DNA of 64,000 bases from a candidate division WOR-1 bacterium RIFCSPLOWO2_02_FULL_46_20 (GTDB lineage: Bacteria > Margulisbacteria > WOR-1 > O2-12-FULL-45-9): the NCBI GenBank assembly GCA_001771365.1, contig METP01000033.1:11325-75324 (forward strand), in the 5' to 3' direction. Made by a program: the position numbers and the translations under genes. A model generated the notes under the pieces. That model did no database searches. It was given only the letters and a program-made list of their open reading frames with translations, and was not told the origin of the DNA. Positions 27,689 through 37,302 of this stretch are shown in pieces. How positions within the stretch are numbered: position 1 is the stretch's first letter; every line of letters begins with the position of its first letter.

Positions 27689-29919
27689 GTTTTTTGCAGT
27701 TCGGTCAGGTTGGTGATAATACTTGCCGCCCATTTATAAACATTGTTGTCGGCTACGACCTTACGCATGCTCTCCATGCGCCGCTTTTGTTCTTCCGGCG
27801 GCATGACGCAGGCAGTCTTGAGGCTGTCGGCAAACTCTTCGATGGCATAAGGGTTGATCTGCAGCGCTTCGGTCAGCTCCCTGGCCGCGCCGGTAAATTT
27901 ACTTAAGAGCAGGACTCCCGCCAGGTCATTCTTTGCCGCCACGTATTCTTTAGCCACCAGGTTCATACCATCGTGCAGCGAACTGACGACGCAAATGTCG
28001 CCGAGCCGGTAATAAGGCTTGATCTCCTCCGGAGTAAAGTACTCTTTTAAGTAGATTATCGGTCGCCAGGCGCCGTTGGTATATTTGCTGTTCTTTTTTT
28101 CTATCAACCGCTCGATCTCGTCCGACAGGTCGTGGTAGCGTTTGATCTTGGTCCGGCTGGGAGCGGCCAACTGCAAAAAGACGAACTTGTTCAGGTATTC
28201 CGGATATTTTCCCAGGAAACGGTCGACGGCCAGGATTCTTTCAACAATACCTTTCGTATAATCAATCCGGTCAACGCCGACGGCCACGATTTTTCCGGCC
28301 AGATCGTATTTCTCTCTTATCCGGTCGATCTCCCTGGCTTCATTGGCTGTGACCGAATAGCGTGATACCCCCTCGATGCTGATCGGGAATGGCCGGACCA
28401 GCGTTTCTTTGCCTGACCTGACAACGCTGTTCTTCTCGTTATCAACACGGCATTCCAGCAGGCGGTTGGCGGTTTCCAGAAAATTATTACAATGATATTG
28501 CACATGGAAGCCGACCAGGTCGCACCCCAGCATCCCATCCAGTATCTCTTTTTGATAAGGACAGACGGAAAAGACCTCCGGGTTCGGCCAGGGGATATGC
28601 CAGAAGAGCGCGATCGTGACATCCGGCCGCTTGTCCTTGATCATCTTGCCCAGCAGCGTGAAATGATAATCCTGGATAAAAACAAAGGCATTTTTGGCCG
28701 GCAGCTCCTCAATAACGCTGTCAGCAAACTTTTGGTTTACCTGTTTATACATCTGCCAGTCGGCTTCCCGGAAGATCGGGCGGGTGAAAGTAATATGACT
28801 AAGCGGCCAGAGGCCTTCGTTGGCAAAACCGTAATAGAAGCCGCCTTCCTCTTCGGGCGTCAGCCAAATTCTTTTTAGGATGTAGCGATTGTCTTCGGGC
28901 GGTACCCCGAGCTTGTCCTTGGAATTCACGAATTGCCGATCGGCGTTGCCGCTCCCCTGGGCAATCCAGGTTCCGCCGCAGGCCCGCATGATCGGATTGA
29001 GTGCCGTCACCACGCCGCTGGCCGGACGGACATATTTTGCCGCCCCCGTCCGCTCATCAAGCACGTGCATGAACGGCTCCCGGTTGGAAACAATAACCAT
29101 AGAGCTGTCGCCGAGTTTGGCGTTGACCAGGTCCTTTAATTTACTTTCCGTCCAGATCTCGTCCTTTTTCAATCTGATCGTGGCCGCTTCGGCCATGCTC
29201 TTTTTGGCCACCCTCAGGCTAAGGGCAACCTGCTCAACCTCACTGGCCAGCTCACCTAATTCACTCTTTTGGCTGATCTCATGCATCTTGCTGGTTTCAC
29301 CCTTCTGGAAATGTTTGAACCAAACCGTGAGCTGCCGCATCGGCACCAGAAACATCTGGCGGAGTACCAGCGCGGCAATGAGCAACAGCGAAATAACCAG
29401 CAAGACCAGCGTGATGATCATGTTCCGCCAAAAGTCCATTGACCGGGCAAAAACATAAGAGGTGTCATAGATCATCTCGACCATGCCAAGTATTTTCCCC
29501 TGGTCATCAAGCACCGGTATAATGTGGCTATAGACATAGATTTTTTTGAATTTCCCCAACAGGTCACTGGCTTCCTTGTTTTTAAGGGCATCTCGATAAT
29601 ATTCGCGCTCTTCGTCTTTCCAATCCCTGAACCTCTCCGTGATCGCTATTAATTTCCCTTCCCGATCGTAAAGCGCGCAGCCCTGGATATTCTTTTTATT
29701 CTGGAATCTCTTAACCAGACGTTGAGCCCCGGCTTGGTCATTATTGGCAAGAACATAACCGGCCGACAACTCCAGGCTTTCCGCGACAGTTTCGGCTTTC
29801 CGCTTGAGATCATCCATTAGTTTATCTTCTTCATATCTGACCTGGATAACGCCAAAAATGATGATAACCAGCGAAACGATGATGATAAGCGGCAAAGCAA
29901 AGACAATTGTTTTTTTCAT
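27685..29919 (-). CDS. otsA: Trehalose-6-phosphate synthase with N-terminal TM-sensor-TM-HAMP-like region
   Basis: VSNREP, GLWPLSH, QDYH, FWHIPWP, DRIDYTKGI, DGMNLVAKEY; about 250-aa membrane N-terminus. Confidence 0.9.
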   Translation of the reverse strand: MKKTIVFALPLIIIVSLVIIIFGVIQVRYEEDKLMDDLKRKAETVAESLELSAGYVLANNDQAGAQRLVKRFQNKKNIQGCALYDREGKLIAITERFRDWKDEEREYYRDALKNKEASDLLGKFKKIYVYSHIIPVLDDQGKILGMVEMIYDTSYVFARSMDFWRNMIITLVLLVISLLLIAALVLRQMFLVPMRQLTVWFKHFQKGETSKMHEISQKSELGELASEVEQVALSLRVAKKSMAEAATIRLKKDEIWTESKLKDLVNAKLGDSSMVIVSNREPFMHVLDERTGAAKYVRPASGVVTALNPIMRACGGTWIAQGSGNADRQFVNSKDKLGVPPEDNRYILKRIWLTPEEEGGFYYGFANEGLWPLSHITFTRPIFREADWQMYKQVNQKFADSVIEELPAKNAFVFIQDYHFTLLGKMIKDKRPDVTIALFWHIPWPNPEVFSVCPYQKEILDGMLGCDLVGFHVQYHCNNFLETANRLLECRVDNEKNSVVRSGKETLVRPFPISIEGVSRYSVTANEAREIDRIREKYDLAGKIVAVGVDRIDYTKGIVERILAVDRFLGKYPEYLNKFVFLQLAAPSRTKIKRYHDLSDEIERLIEKKNSKYTNGAWRPIIYLKEYFTPEEIKPYYRLGDICVVSSLHDGMNLVAKEYVAAKNDLAGVLLLSKFTGAARELTEALQINPYAIEEFADSLKTACVMPPEEQKRRMESMRKVVADNNVYKWAASIITNLTELQKT

Positions 29920-29929
29920 TGATCGGCCT

Positions 29930-30037
29930 TCATAGGTCTTCTTCGGGCTCCCTCAATATCCGTGAGTAGCAATAGATGTTTAGCGCAAGTATGCAGGTTA
30001 GCGAAACGATCATAAATATCCAGCCGTATATGTTCAT
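29930..30037 (-). CDS. 35-aa single-pass membrane protein (not in the ORF track)
   Basis: MNIYGWIFMIVSLTCILALNIYCYSRILREPEEDL; GGAGG RBS; stop 10 nt before the otsA start. Confidence 0.7.
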   Translation of the reverse strand: MNIYGWIFMIVSLTCILALNIYCYSRILREPEEDL

Positions 30038-30134
30038 CGGAAACAACCTCCAAGGATTTGGATAATCCTTGAATCCGTTCAAATTTTATCACTTTATCAT
30101 GTGACTGTCGAATATTATTCTCAAGAATAGCCGA

Positions 30135-30228
30135 TGTAAATCATTCTTCTTGCACCCGTGAATTGAGTTGGGTATAATAAAAGTGATGGCCCGGCCCTGA
30201 ATGGTTTGAGAACCAGAGGGTCGAGGCA
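30135..30228 (+). repeat. Cassette right end, copy 2
   Basis: Ungapped match to 23076-23169, ending in GGCA. Confidence 0.9.
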
Positions 30229-30231
30229 AAT

Positions 30232-32781
30232 TCAATGAGCTAAAGAAACCCGCTTGACCGCTTCCATGACCCATAAGGGCAGAGTCGAGAACCCCAGAAC
30301 CAACAGCCAGCCCGTAGCGGATAAGGGTTCAGTCTTAAATATTATTTGCGCCCAGGGCAAGTGGACCACCGCCATTAACAGCAGGAAAGATACCAGCGCC
30401 GCCAGAATTAATTTTGAGTTGGTGAACACCCCCAACTTAAAAAGAGACACGCTCTGGCTGCGGCAATTAAAAGCATGGCAGAGCTGACTGCAGGAAATGA
30501 CCACAAAGGCCGCGGTCCGCGCCGCTGCCAAACCCTCCTGGCTCAAAAACAGAACAGAATAAAACGCCGCCAGGGAACAGCAGGCGATCAGCGCCCCCTG
30601 ATACAACATCAGGGCGCCGCTGCGCGGATCCAGCATCTTTTCATTGGGCAGACGCGGTGGCCGGCGCATGATCGCGGGATCAACCGGATCCATGCCCAAG
30701 GCCAGGGCCGGCAAGCTATCGGTAACTAAATTTACCCACAGGATCTGGATCGGCAAGAGCGGCACAGGGAAACCGATCAGCGCGGCCGTAAACATCAGTA
30801 AGATCTCCCCCGCGTTGCAGGAGAGAAGATAATGGATAAATTTTCTGATGTTATCGTAGATCCCCCGGCCCTCTTCCACCGCCGCCACGATTGAAGCAAA
30901 ATTATCGTCAGTGATCACCAGGTCGGAAACTTCTTTGGTCACATCGGTCCCCGTTATACCCATGGCCACGCCAATATCGGCCTCTTTGACCGCCGGCGCG
31001 TCGTTGACCCCATCCCCGGTCATGGCCACGATCTCCCCCTGACGGCGCAGGGAGCGCACGATCTGCAATTTGTCTTCCGGTGCAACCCGCGCGTAAACCG
31101 CATCGATCCCCAATTCGCGGGCTATCGCTTCCGCGGTATTTTTATGGTCACCGGTTATCATAACCACTTTTATTCCCGCTGTTTTACATTTGGCCACCGC
31201 CGCCTTCACCTCTTCCCGCGGCGGATCGATCATGGCCACGAGCCCCAAAAAAGTCAGGCCGCTCTCCAGCTCGGCCGCTTCATATTTATCCGGCAAGCGG
31301 TCCAGGCCTTTGTAAGCCACGGCCAAGACCCGCAGCGCCCGCTGGGCCAGGCTGGTGTTGGTGGCCAGGATTTGCGCGCGCTCCCCCCCGTCCATGGCAC
31401 AAACCTCCAGGACGGATTCGGGCGCGCCCTTGACATAAACCGCGAACCGGTCCTTTTCCCGGCGCACGACCGCCATTCTTTTGCGTTCGGAATCAAAGGG
31501 GATCTCTTCAACAAACGGGTGTTCGTTTTCCAACTGCTCCCGGCGCAGGCCTTTTTTGAGGGCGCAGACCACAATTGCCCCTTCGGTCGGATCGCCCAAA
31601 ATCTGATAAGCACCCTCCCTCAATACCAGTTGGGCGCTGCTGGAGAGCACCCCGCCGATCAAGGTCTTATTTAACTCTGGGTTTTCGGTCCCGATAAATT
31701 CTCCTTCAGGCGCATACCCCACACCCGTCACTTCGAAAAGAGTGCCGCCGGCCAGGATCGCCTTAATGGTCATCTCGTTCCTGGTCAGGGTGCCGGTCTT
31801 ATCCGAGCAAATGACTGTGGCGCAACCCAGTGTTTCAACCGCAGGAAGTTTACGGACCAGCGCGCCGCGCCTGACCATTCTCTGCACACCCAAAGCCAGA
31901 GCAATCGTGATCACGGCGGGCAATCCTTCGGGAATGGCCGCCACAGCCAGGCTCACCGCGGTCAAAAAGACATCTAAAATTTCTCCGCCGCGGAGCATTT
32001 CCAGCCCAAACACCATCAGCACCAAGGCACCGCAAAGATAAACGATCCAGCGGCCGAACTCTTCCAGTTTTTTCTGCAACGGAGTCGCCTCGTGCCCGAT
32101 GGATTGGATCAGGCCCGCAATTTTCCCCAGTTCGGTCATCATCCCGGTTCCCGTGACCAGGGCCCGCGCCTTGCCGGAAGCAATCGACGTACCCAGGTAC
32201 AGGAGATTGGCGCGCTCCGCCAGGGGAATTTCTTTTTCCTCTAAAGCCATGATGGTTTTTATAACCGGGGTGGATTCACCGGTCAAGCTGGCTTCCTGAG
32301 TGGAAAAATTGGGGCTGACGTATATTACGCGGGCATCGGCCGGCACGTGGTCGCCGGCCTCCAGCTCGATCAGGTCTCCGGGCACCAATTCGGCCGAGGG
32401 GATAACGCCACGCTGACCGCCGCGGACCACCCGCGCACTGGGGCTGGATAATCTTTTTAAGGCCGCGAGCGACTTTTCAGCGCGATATTCCTGAATAAAG
32501 CCCAGGCAGGCATTAACGATCACGATCCCGACTATGGCCAGCGCGTCGACCCATTCCTTTAAAAATCCGGAAATTACGGCAGCGCCGAGCAGGATCCAAA
32601 TAATAAAACCCTGGAACTGCTCCCAAAATATGCCCACCAGGCCGCGCCCTGTTTTTTCTTGTAATTGGTTGGGCCCGAACTTTAATCTGCGCGCCGCCGC
32701 CTCTGTCCCTGTCAAGCCACTGGTCAAGCTGGTCTCAAGTTTTTGGGCGGCCGCTTCCAGCGTTAATTGATAAAAGGTCAT
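30232..32781 (-). CDS. Cation-translocating P-type ATPase (type IIA, Ca2+-like)
   Basis: TGES, IPEGLP, DKTGT, TGDGVND, QILWVNLVTD. Confidence 0.95.
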   Translation of the reverse strand: MTFYQLTLEAAAQKLETSLTSGLTGTEAAARRLKFGPNQLQEKTGRGLVGIFWEQFQGFIIWILLGAAVISGFLKEWVDALAIVGIVIVNACLGFIQEYRAEKSLAALKRLSSPSARVVRGGQRGVIPSAELVPGDLIELEAGDHVPADARVIYVSPNFSTQEASLTGESTPVIKTIMALEEKEIPLAERANLLYLGTSIASGKARALVTGTGMMTELGKIAGLIQSIGHEATPLQKKLEEFGRWIVYLCGALVLMVFGLEMLRGGEILDVFLTAVSLAVAAIPEGLPAVITIALALGVQRMVRRGALVRKLPAVETLGCATVICSDKTGTLTRNEMTIKAILAGGTLFEVTGVGYAPEGEFIGTENPELNKTLIGGVLSSSAQLVLREGAYQILGDPTEGAIVVCALKKGLRREQLENEHPFVEEIPFDSERKRMAVVRREKDRFAVYVKGAPESVLEVCAMDGGERAQILATNTSLAQRALRVLAVAYKGLDRLPDKYEAAELESGLTFLGLVAMIDPPREEVKAAVAKCKTAGIKVVMITGDHKNTAEAIARELGIDAVYARVAPEDKLQIVRSLRRQGEIVAMTGDGVNDAPAVKEADIGVAMGITGTDVTKEVSDLVITDDNFASIVAAVEEGRGIYDNIRKFIHYLLSCNAGEILLMFTAALIGFPVPLLPIQILWVNLVTDSLPALALGMDPVDPAIMRRPPRLPNEKMLDPRSGALMLYQGALIACCSLAAFYSVLFLSQEGLAAARTAAFVVISCSQLCHAFNCRSQSVSLFKLGVFTNSKLILAALVSFLLLMAVVHLPWAQIIFKTEPLSATGWLLVLGFSTLPLWVMEAVKRVSLAH

Positions 32782-32964
32782 CTATTCTTCTTTCATGATG
32801 CCTTCTTTTTTGGAAAGCCAGATAGCAAAAACGATTAGGCCCACTCCGACGACAATGATCGCCATGGAAGTAAAGATTGTCGCCGCGATCGCCGCCAGGA
32901 CCAGCCAGAGAAGCTTTGTTTCCAACAGACCCGAGGCGGGAAGCACAACACTTGATTCGGACAT
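32782..32964 (-). CDS. Small membrane protein
   Basis: Hydrophobic 60-aa ORF with GAGG RBS, abutting the P-type ATPase start. Confidence 0.5.
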   Translation of the reverse strand: MSESSVVLPASGLLETKLLWLVLAAIAATIFTSMAIIVVGVGLIVFAIWLSKKEGIMKEE

Positions 32965-33096
32965 CTTTTTACCTCTTTCCATTCAAAAAGAAATAAGCCC
33001 GCAAATTGTATCATATTAAAATGTTTTTGCAAAGCCGCGCCTGTCCTCTTTTTTTATTTGCTTTAGCCAAATAAAACCGCTACAATCATCGGGTTA

Positions 33097-35091
33097 ATGA
33101 ACAAGAATGAAGAAGGCACTAATTCCTGGCCCCACTGGTTAAAGCGGTTTTTTATTGGCCGGGCGCGCGATCCCCACGACCGCTCTCTCCTGCACAATAT
33201 TTCCCTGGTGGCTTTCTTCGCCTGGATCGGCTTGGGCGCGGACGGGCTTTCCTCTTCCTGCTACGGCCCGCACGAAGCCTGGTTGACCCTGCAGGGACAT
33301 TATTATCTGGGTATTTTTGTGGCGTTGGCCTCCGCTTTCACCATTTTTATCATCAGCGCCAGCTATTCCCATATCGTTGAGCTTTTCCCTAATGGCGGCG
33401 GAGGTTATCTGGTCGCCAGCCGGCTGCTCTCGCCCGCGGTGGGCATGGTTTCTGGCAGCGCCCTGTTGATAGATTATGTCCTGACCATCACGGTCTCAAT
33501 CGCCAGCGGGGCTGACGCGGTTTTCAGTTTTCTGCCACCTGAATGGTATGCCTACAAGATGCTCTTTGCCGCCGCTATGCTGGTCATTTTAATAATCCTC
33601 AATCTGCGGGGAGTCAAAGAATCTGTTTTAATCCTAACCCCTATTTTTATTCTTTTTCTGGTGACCCATGTCTTCGCCATCCTGTATTCGTTCGGTTTCC
33701 ACTTTATGAATCTGCCCGAAGTAGCCGCGGCCACTCGTTCCGATTTTCAGGTGGCCAGATCAGCCCTCGGAACTTTCGGAATCTTTTTGCTCCTCATGCG
33801 CGCCTACAGCATGGGCGCCGGTACTTATACCGGGATCGAAGCCGTGAGCAACGGCCTCACCATTTTGCGGGAACCAAAGGTCAAGACCGCGAAAAAAACC
33901 ATGCTCTATATGTCCTTATCCCTGGCCTTTATGGTCGTTGGCATTATGTTCTCATATGTCTTTTACCGCATCGAACCGGTCGCCGGCAAAACCATGAACG
34001 CGCTCCTCTTTTACCGTATGACCGAAAACTTCGGAGCAAATCTTAGCTATGTAATAGTAACAATAACCCTGCTCACAGAAGCCGCTCTACTCTTTGTCGC
34101 CGCCCAAACCGGTTTCATCGGCGGCCCGCGCATCCTGGCTAATATGGCGTTTGATCAATGGGTGCCCAAAAGATTCGCGCTTTTGAGTGACCGGCTGGTC
34201 GCGATAAACGGGATCCTGGTCATGGGCCTTTCTTCCCTTGTCCTCATGATATTCAGCCAGGGCTCGGTGGCCTTCCTGGTGGTGCTTTACAGCATCAATG
34301 TGTTCCTAACCTTCTTCCTGTCCCAGCTGGGTATGGTCAAGCACTGGTGGACAGAAAGAAGCCACGGCCAAAACTGGGCCGGCAAACTGCTCGTCAACGG
34401 CACCGGTTTACTCTTGACCTCTTTTATCCTGGTTTCAGTTACGGTGATAAAATTCCACGAAGGCGGCTGGTTAACCCTGCTGATCACCGGCACGCTAGTC
34501 CTGGCGGCGATCGCGGTCAAAAGAAATTATGTACTGACCGCTAAAATGGAGAAAAGAATCGACGCTTATGCCCTGGCTACGGAGTCACCGACTTCAAATT
34601 ATATTCCCCGACTGGATCAAAAGGAAGAGTTGAACGCCCAAAGCAAGACCGCGGTAATCCTGGTCAAAGATTTTACGGGCATCGGGCTCGAAACCATTTC
34701 CCAGGTGCTGCATTCTTTTAACGGCGTGTTCAAAAATTTTATCTTTCTCCAGTCCGGGTTGATCAATTCCGGCACCCTGGCGGAAATAAAGCCCGTCCAG
34801 GAAAAAATAAAATGCGAGGTCAACCGTTATGTTGAGCTGATGCAGGCACACGGCTACCATGCGGAAGGCCTCTGCCTGACCGGGATCGACACGGTGGAGG
34901 ACCTGGTCAAGGCCGCTTCCATGATCATCAAGAGCTACCCGAGTGCGGTTTTCTTCGGCGGACAGTTGGTCTTCCCCTATAACTCGGCCTTTAACCGCTG
35001 GCTCCACAACTACACTCTTTTCGCCACACAAAGAAGATTTTATAATCTCGGCATCCCGCTGTTCATCGTGCCCATCCAATTAAAAAAATAA
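33097..35091 (+). CDS. APC-superfamily permease, KimA-like
   Basis: DGLSSSCYGP, GGGGYLVA, TGIEAVSNG; soluble C-terminal domain. Confidence 0.85.
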   Translation: MNKNEEGTNSWPHWLKRFFIGRARDPHDRSLLHNISLVAFFAWIGLGADGLSSSCYGPHEAWLTLQGHYYLGIFVALASAFTIFIISASYSHIVELFPNGGGGYLVASRLLSPAVGMVSGSALLIDYVLTITVSIASGADAVFSFLPPEWYAYKMLFAAAMLVILIILNLRGVKESVLILTPIFILFLVTHVFAILYSFGFHFMNLPEVAAATRSDFQVARSALGTFGIFLLLMRAYSMGAGTYTGIEAVSNGLTILREPKVKTAKKTMLYMSLSLAFMVVGIMFSYVFYRIEPVAGKTMNALLFYRMTENFGANLSYVIVTITLLTEAALLFVAAQTGFIGGPRILANMAFDQWVPKRFALLSDRLVAINGILVMGLSSLVLMIFSQGSVAFLVVLYSINVFLTFFLSQLGMVKHWWTERSHGQNWAGKLLVNGTGLLLTSFILVSVTVIKFHEGGWLTLLITGTLVLAAIAVKRNYVLTAKMEKRIDAYALATESPTSNYIPRLDQKEELNAQSKTAVILVKDFTGIGLETISQVLHSFNGVFKNFIFLQSGLINSGTLAEIKPVQEKIKCEVNRYVELMQAHGYHAEGLCLTGIDTVEDLVKAASMIIKSYPSAVFFGGQLVFPYNSAFNRWLHNYTLFATQRRFYNLGIPLFIVPIQLKK

Positions 35092-35110
35092 GCTGTCCGA
35101 CGCCAGCAGT

Positions 35111-35139
35111 TTGCAATTCAAATCCGCTTGGTCTATAAT
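35111..35139 (+). promoter_or_regulatory. sigma70-type promoter of the atp operon
   Basis: TTGCAA-N17-TATAAT. Confidence 0.6.
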
Positions 35140-35151
35140 GTTCAATCTGTC

Positions 35152-35349
35152 ATGACTTTTAAGCGTGATTTTATGGAAGCTTCCTCTTTGGGTCTGGAGA
35201 TGGCCGCGGCGGTTTTTTTAGGCGCTTTCCTTGGCTATCAGATTGATACAGTCTTGTCTTGCCGGCCCATCGGCCTGGTTGTCGGAGTGGTGCTGGGAGC
35301 GGCGGCCGGCATGTGGAACCTGATCAAAAAAAGCACAAAAAACCAATGA
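35152..35349 (+). CDS. AtpZ/AtpI-family ATP synthase accessory protein
   Basis: LG...GAFLGYQID....P.GLVVG two-TM pattern; first gene of the operon. Confidence 0.75.
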   Translation: MTFKRDFMEASSLGLEMAAAVFLGAFLGYQIDTVLSCRPIGLVVGVVLGAAAGMWNLIKKSTKNQ

Positions 35350-36077
35350 ACACGCTGGAACATTTAAAACAAACAGAGGTTATTAATGTTGAGGTGGCGG
35401 GGATCGATGCTTCGCTGACTAACGGGACCTTGATCCTTTTTTTAGCGGTCGCACTTGTGGTTTCATTCTATTTCATTGTCGGCCGGAAGGCAAAACTGGT
35501 CCCCTCCTTGACACAGAGCGCCGCCGAGCTGATCCTTGATTTTATCCGGTCCGAAATGCTTTCCCCTTTAGGCCGGGAAGGGGAAAAATGGCTGCCTTTT
35601 TTAGTTTCCCTTTTTTCCCTGATCCTGGTCTCCAACCTTTTAGGGCTGATCCCGGGCTTTGTTCCGCCTACCTCTAACATTAATGTGACCGCGACCCTGG
35701 CTGTTATTGTTTTTTTTACCACCCATATAACCGGCCTAAGAAAACACGGTCCCTGGTCTTACCTGAAATCCATTGTCCCGGAGGGCCTGCCCTTTTTTAT
35801 CGCGGCTTTTCTCTTTCCTCTGGAGCTGATCGGCCAACTGGCACGCCCTTTTTCGCTGACCGTCCGGTTATTTGCCAACCTGTTCGCCGGCCATGCTATT
35901 ATTATTACCCTGGTCAGCCTGATAATAATTTTCAAGAGCTTTTTGATCGCGCCCTTCCCAGTCATCGGCAATACTGCTATAATGGCCTTTGAAATATTTG
36001 TGGCCTTTATCCAGGCTTTTGTTTTTACTTATCTGTCGGCTTCATATATCGTGGGGGCTCTGCAGACAGAGCATTAA
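35346..36077 (+). CDS. atpB: FoF1 ATP synthase subunit a
   Basis: NLLGLIPG, PTSNIN, RPFSLTVRLFANLFAGH, IQAFVF. Confidence 0.95.
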   Translation: MNTLEHLKQTEVINVEVAGIDASLTNGTLILFLAVALVVSFYFIVGRKAKLVPSLTQSAAELILDFIRSEMLSPLGREGEKWLPFLVSLFSLILVSNLLGLIPGFVPPTSNINVTATLAVIVFFTTHITGLRKHGPWSYLKSIVPEGLPFFIAAFLFPLELIGQLARPFSLTVRLFANLFAGHAIIITLVSLIIIFKSFLIAPFPVIGNTAIMAFEIFVAFIQAFVFTYLSASYIVGALQTEH

Positions 36078-36320
<243 letters not shown>

Positions 36321-36325
36321 ACAAC

Positions 36326-36808
36326 ATGTTTGAGTTTGAAACCGGAATAATAATCTGGACCAGCATTTCTTTTGCGGTTTTGGTGTTTTTGATGTACCGC
36401 TATGCTCTGCCGCCGCTCATTACCGTATTAAAGGAGCGGGAGCAGCTCATTGCCGGCTCTTTGACAGATGCCGAAACCAGGCAAAAAGAATCGCAGGCGG
36501 TCCTGGCTTCCGCCAGAGAGAGATTGACGGAAACCGACCGGATCGCCCAGAAGATCATCACGGATGCGAAACGCGAAACGGAAGCGATTAAAAAGGAAGC
36601 CCGCCTGAACTCCGAAAAAGAGGCGGCCACTTTTCTGGCCGCCGCCAAAGAAGAGCTGGTCCAGGAACAAAAGCAAATTGTTTCCCAGCTGAAAGAGCAA
36701 ACCGCCGATCTGGTGATATTGGCCGCGCAAAAAATATTAAACCAAAAAATCGACCAGGACGCCAACCGGCGTCTAATCGATGAGGCAATCAAAGAATGCC
36801 GCAACTGA
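36326..36808 (+). CDS. atpF: FoF1 ATP synthase subunit b
   Basis: N-terminal TM with W..I.F, PP...L.ER, coiled coil. Confidence 0.9.
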   Translation: MFEFETGIIIWTSISFAVLVFLMYRYALPPLITVLKEREQLIAGSLTDAETRQKESQAVLASARERLTETDRIAQKIITDAKRETEAIKKEARLNSEKEAATFLAAAKEELVQEQKQIVSQLKEQTADLVILAAQKILNQKIDQDANRRLIDEAIKECRN

Positions 36809-37302
36809 TCAACCTGGAAAAACTATATGAGCTGGCCAAAGAAAACGCCCTGCCCTTGGGACGGGAGTTGTTTGATTTGAATTCTTTTTTAGCGCGCCAT
36901 TACCAGATCAAGAATTTTCTGGCCGACTCCAATGTTCCTTTAGCCCAAAAAAAAGAATTTTTCACCCGGCTTTGTCCGCAGGCCGGCAGCCTGTTCAAGG
37001 CTTTCATCCAGCTGCTTTTTGAACAGGATCTTTTTTCCAAACTTCCGTGGTTCACCGGCAAATTCCTGGCGATCCTTTTGGAAAAACGCAATATCCGGTT
37101 TGCCAAATTGATTTCCGCTTTGCCTTTATCGGAAGAAACTGTTAGCCGGATTAAGCAATGTTACGGGGATAACCTTTATTTTATCCAGGAAGTTGACCCG
37201 CAACTCAGCGGCGGGTTTATCATCGAAACCGCCGACCATAATTTGCTTAACGCGAGTGTCTCGGGCAGGTTAAAACAGCTAAGAACGGAGATGGTGCAAT
37301 GA
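36796..37302 (+). CDS. atpH: F1 delta subunit (divergent)
   Basis: SALPLS, VDPQLSGGFII, NASVSGRL; operon position. Confidence 0.8.
   Translation: MPQLINLEKLYELAKENALPLGRELFDLNSFLARHYQIKNFLADSNVPLAQKKEFFTRLCPQAGSLFKAFIQLLFEQDLFSKLPWFTGKFLAILLEKRNIRFAKLISALPLSEETVSRIKQCYGDNLYFIQEVDPQLSGGFIIETADHNLLNASVSGRLKQLRTEMVQ

Larger units (their letters stand above)
23166..30228. mobile_element. Cargo cassette 2 in tandem (repeat protein, cheB fragment, trehalose operon); no recombinase
   Basis: Same left and right ends and GGCA junctions as cassette 1. Confidence 0.72.

Noticed and set aside
19063..30228. Integron attC sites or Tn7-like ends
   Set aside because: No RYYYAAC...GTTRRRY boundaries, no TGT...ACA termini or 5-bp duplication, and no intI or tns genes.
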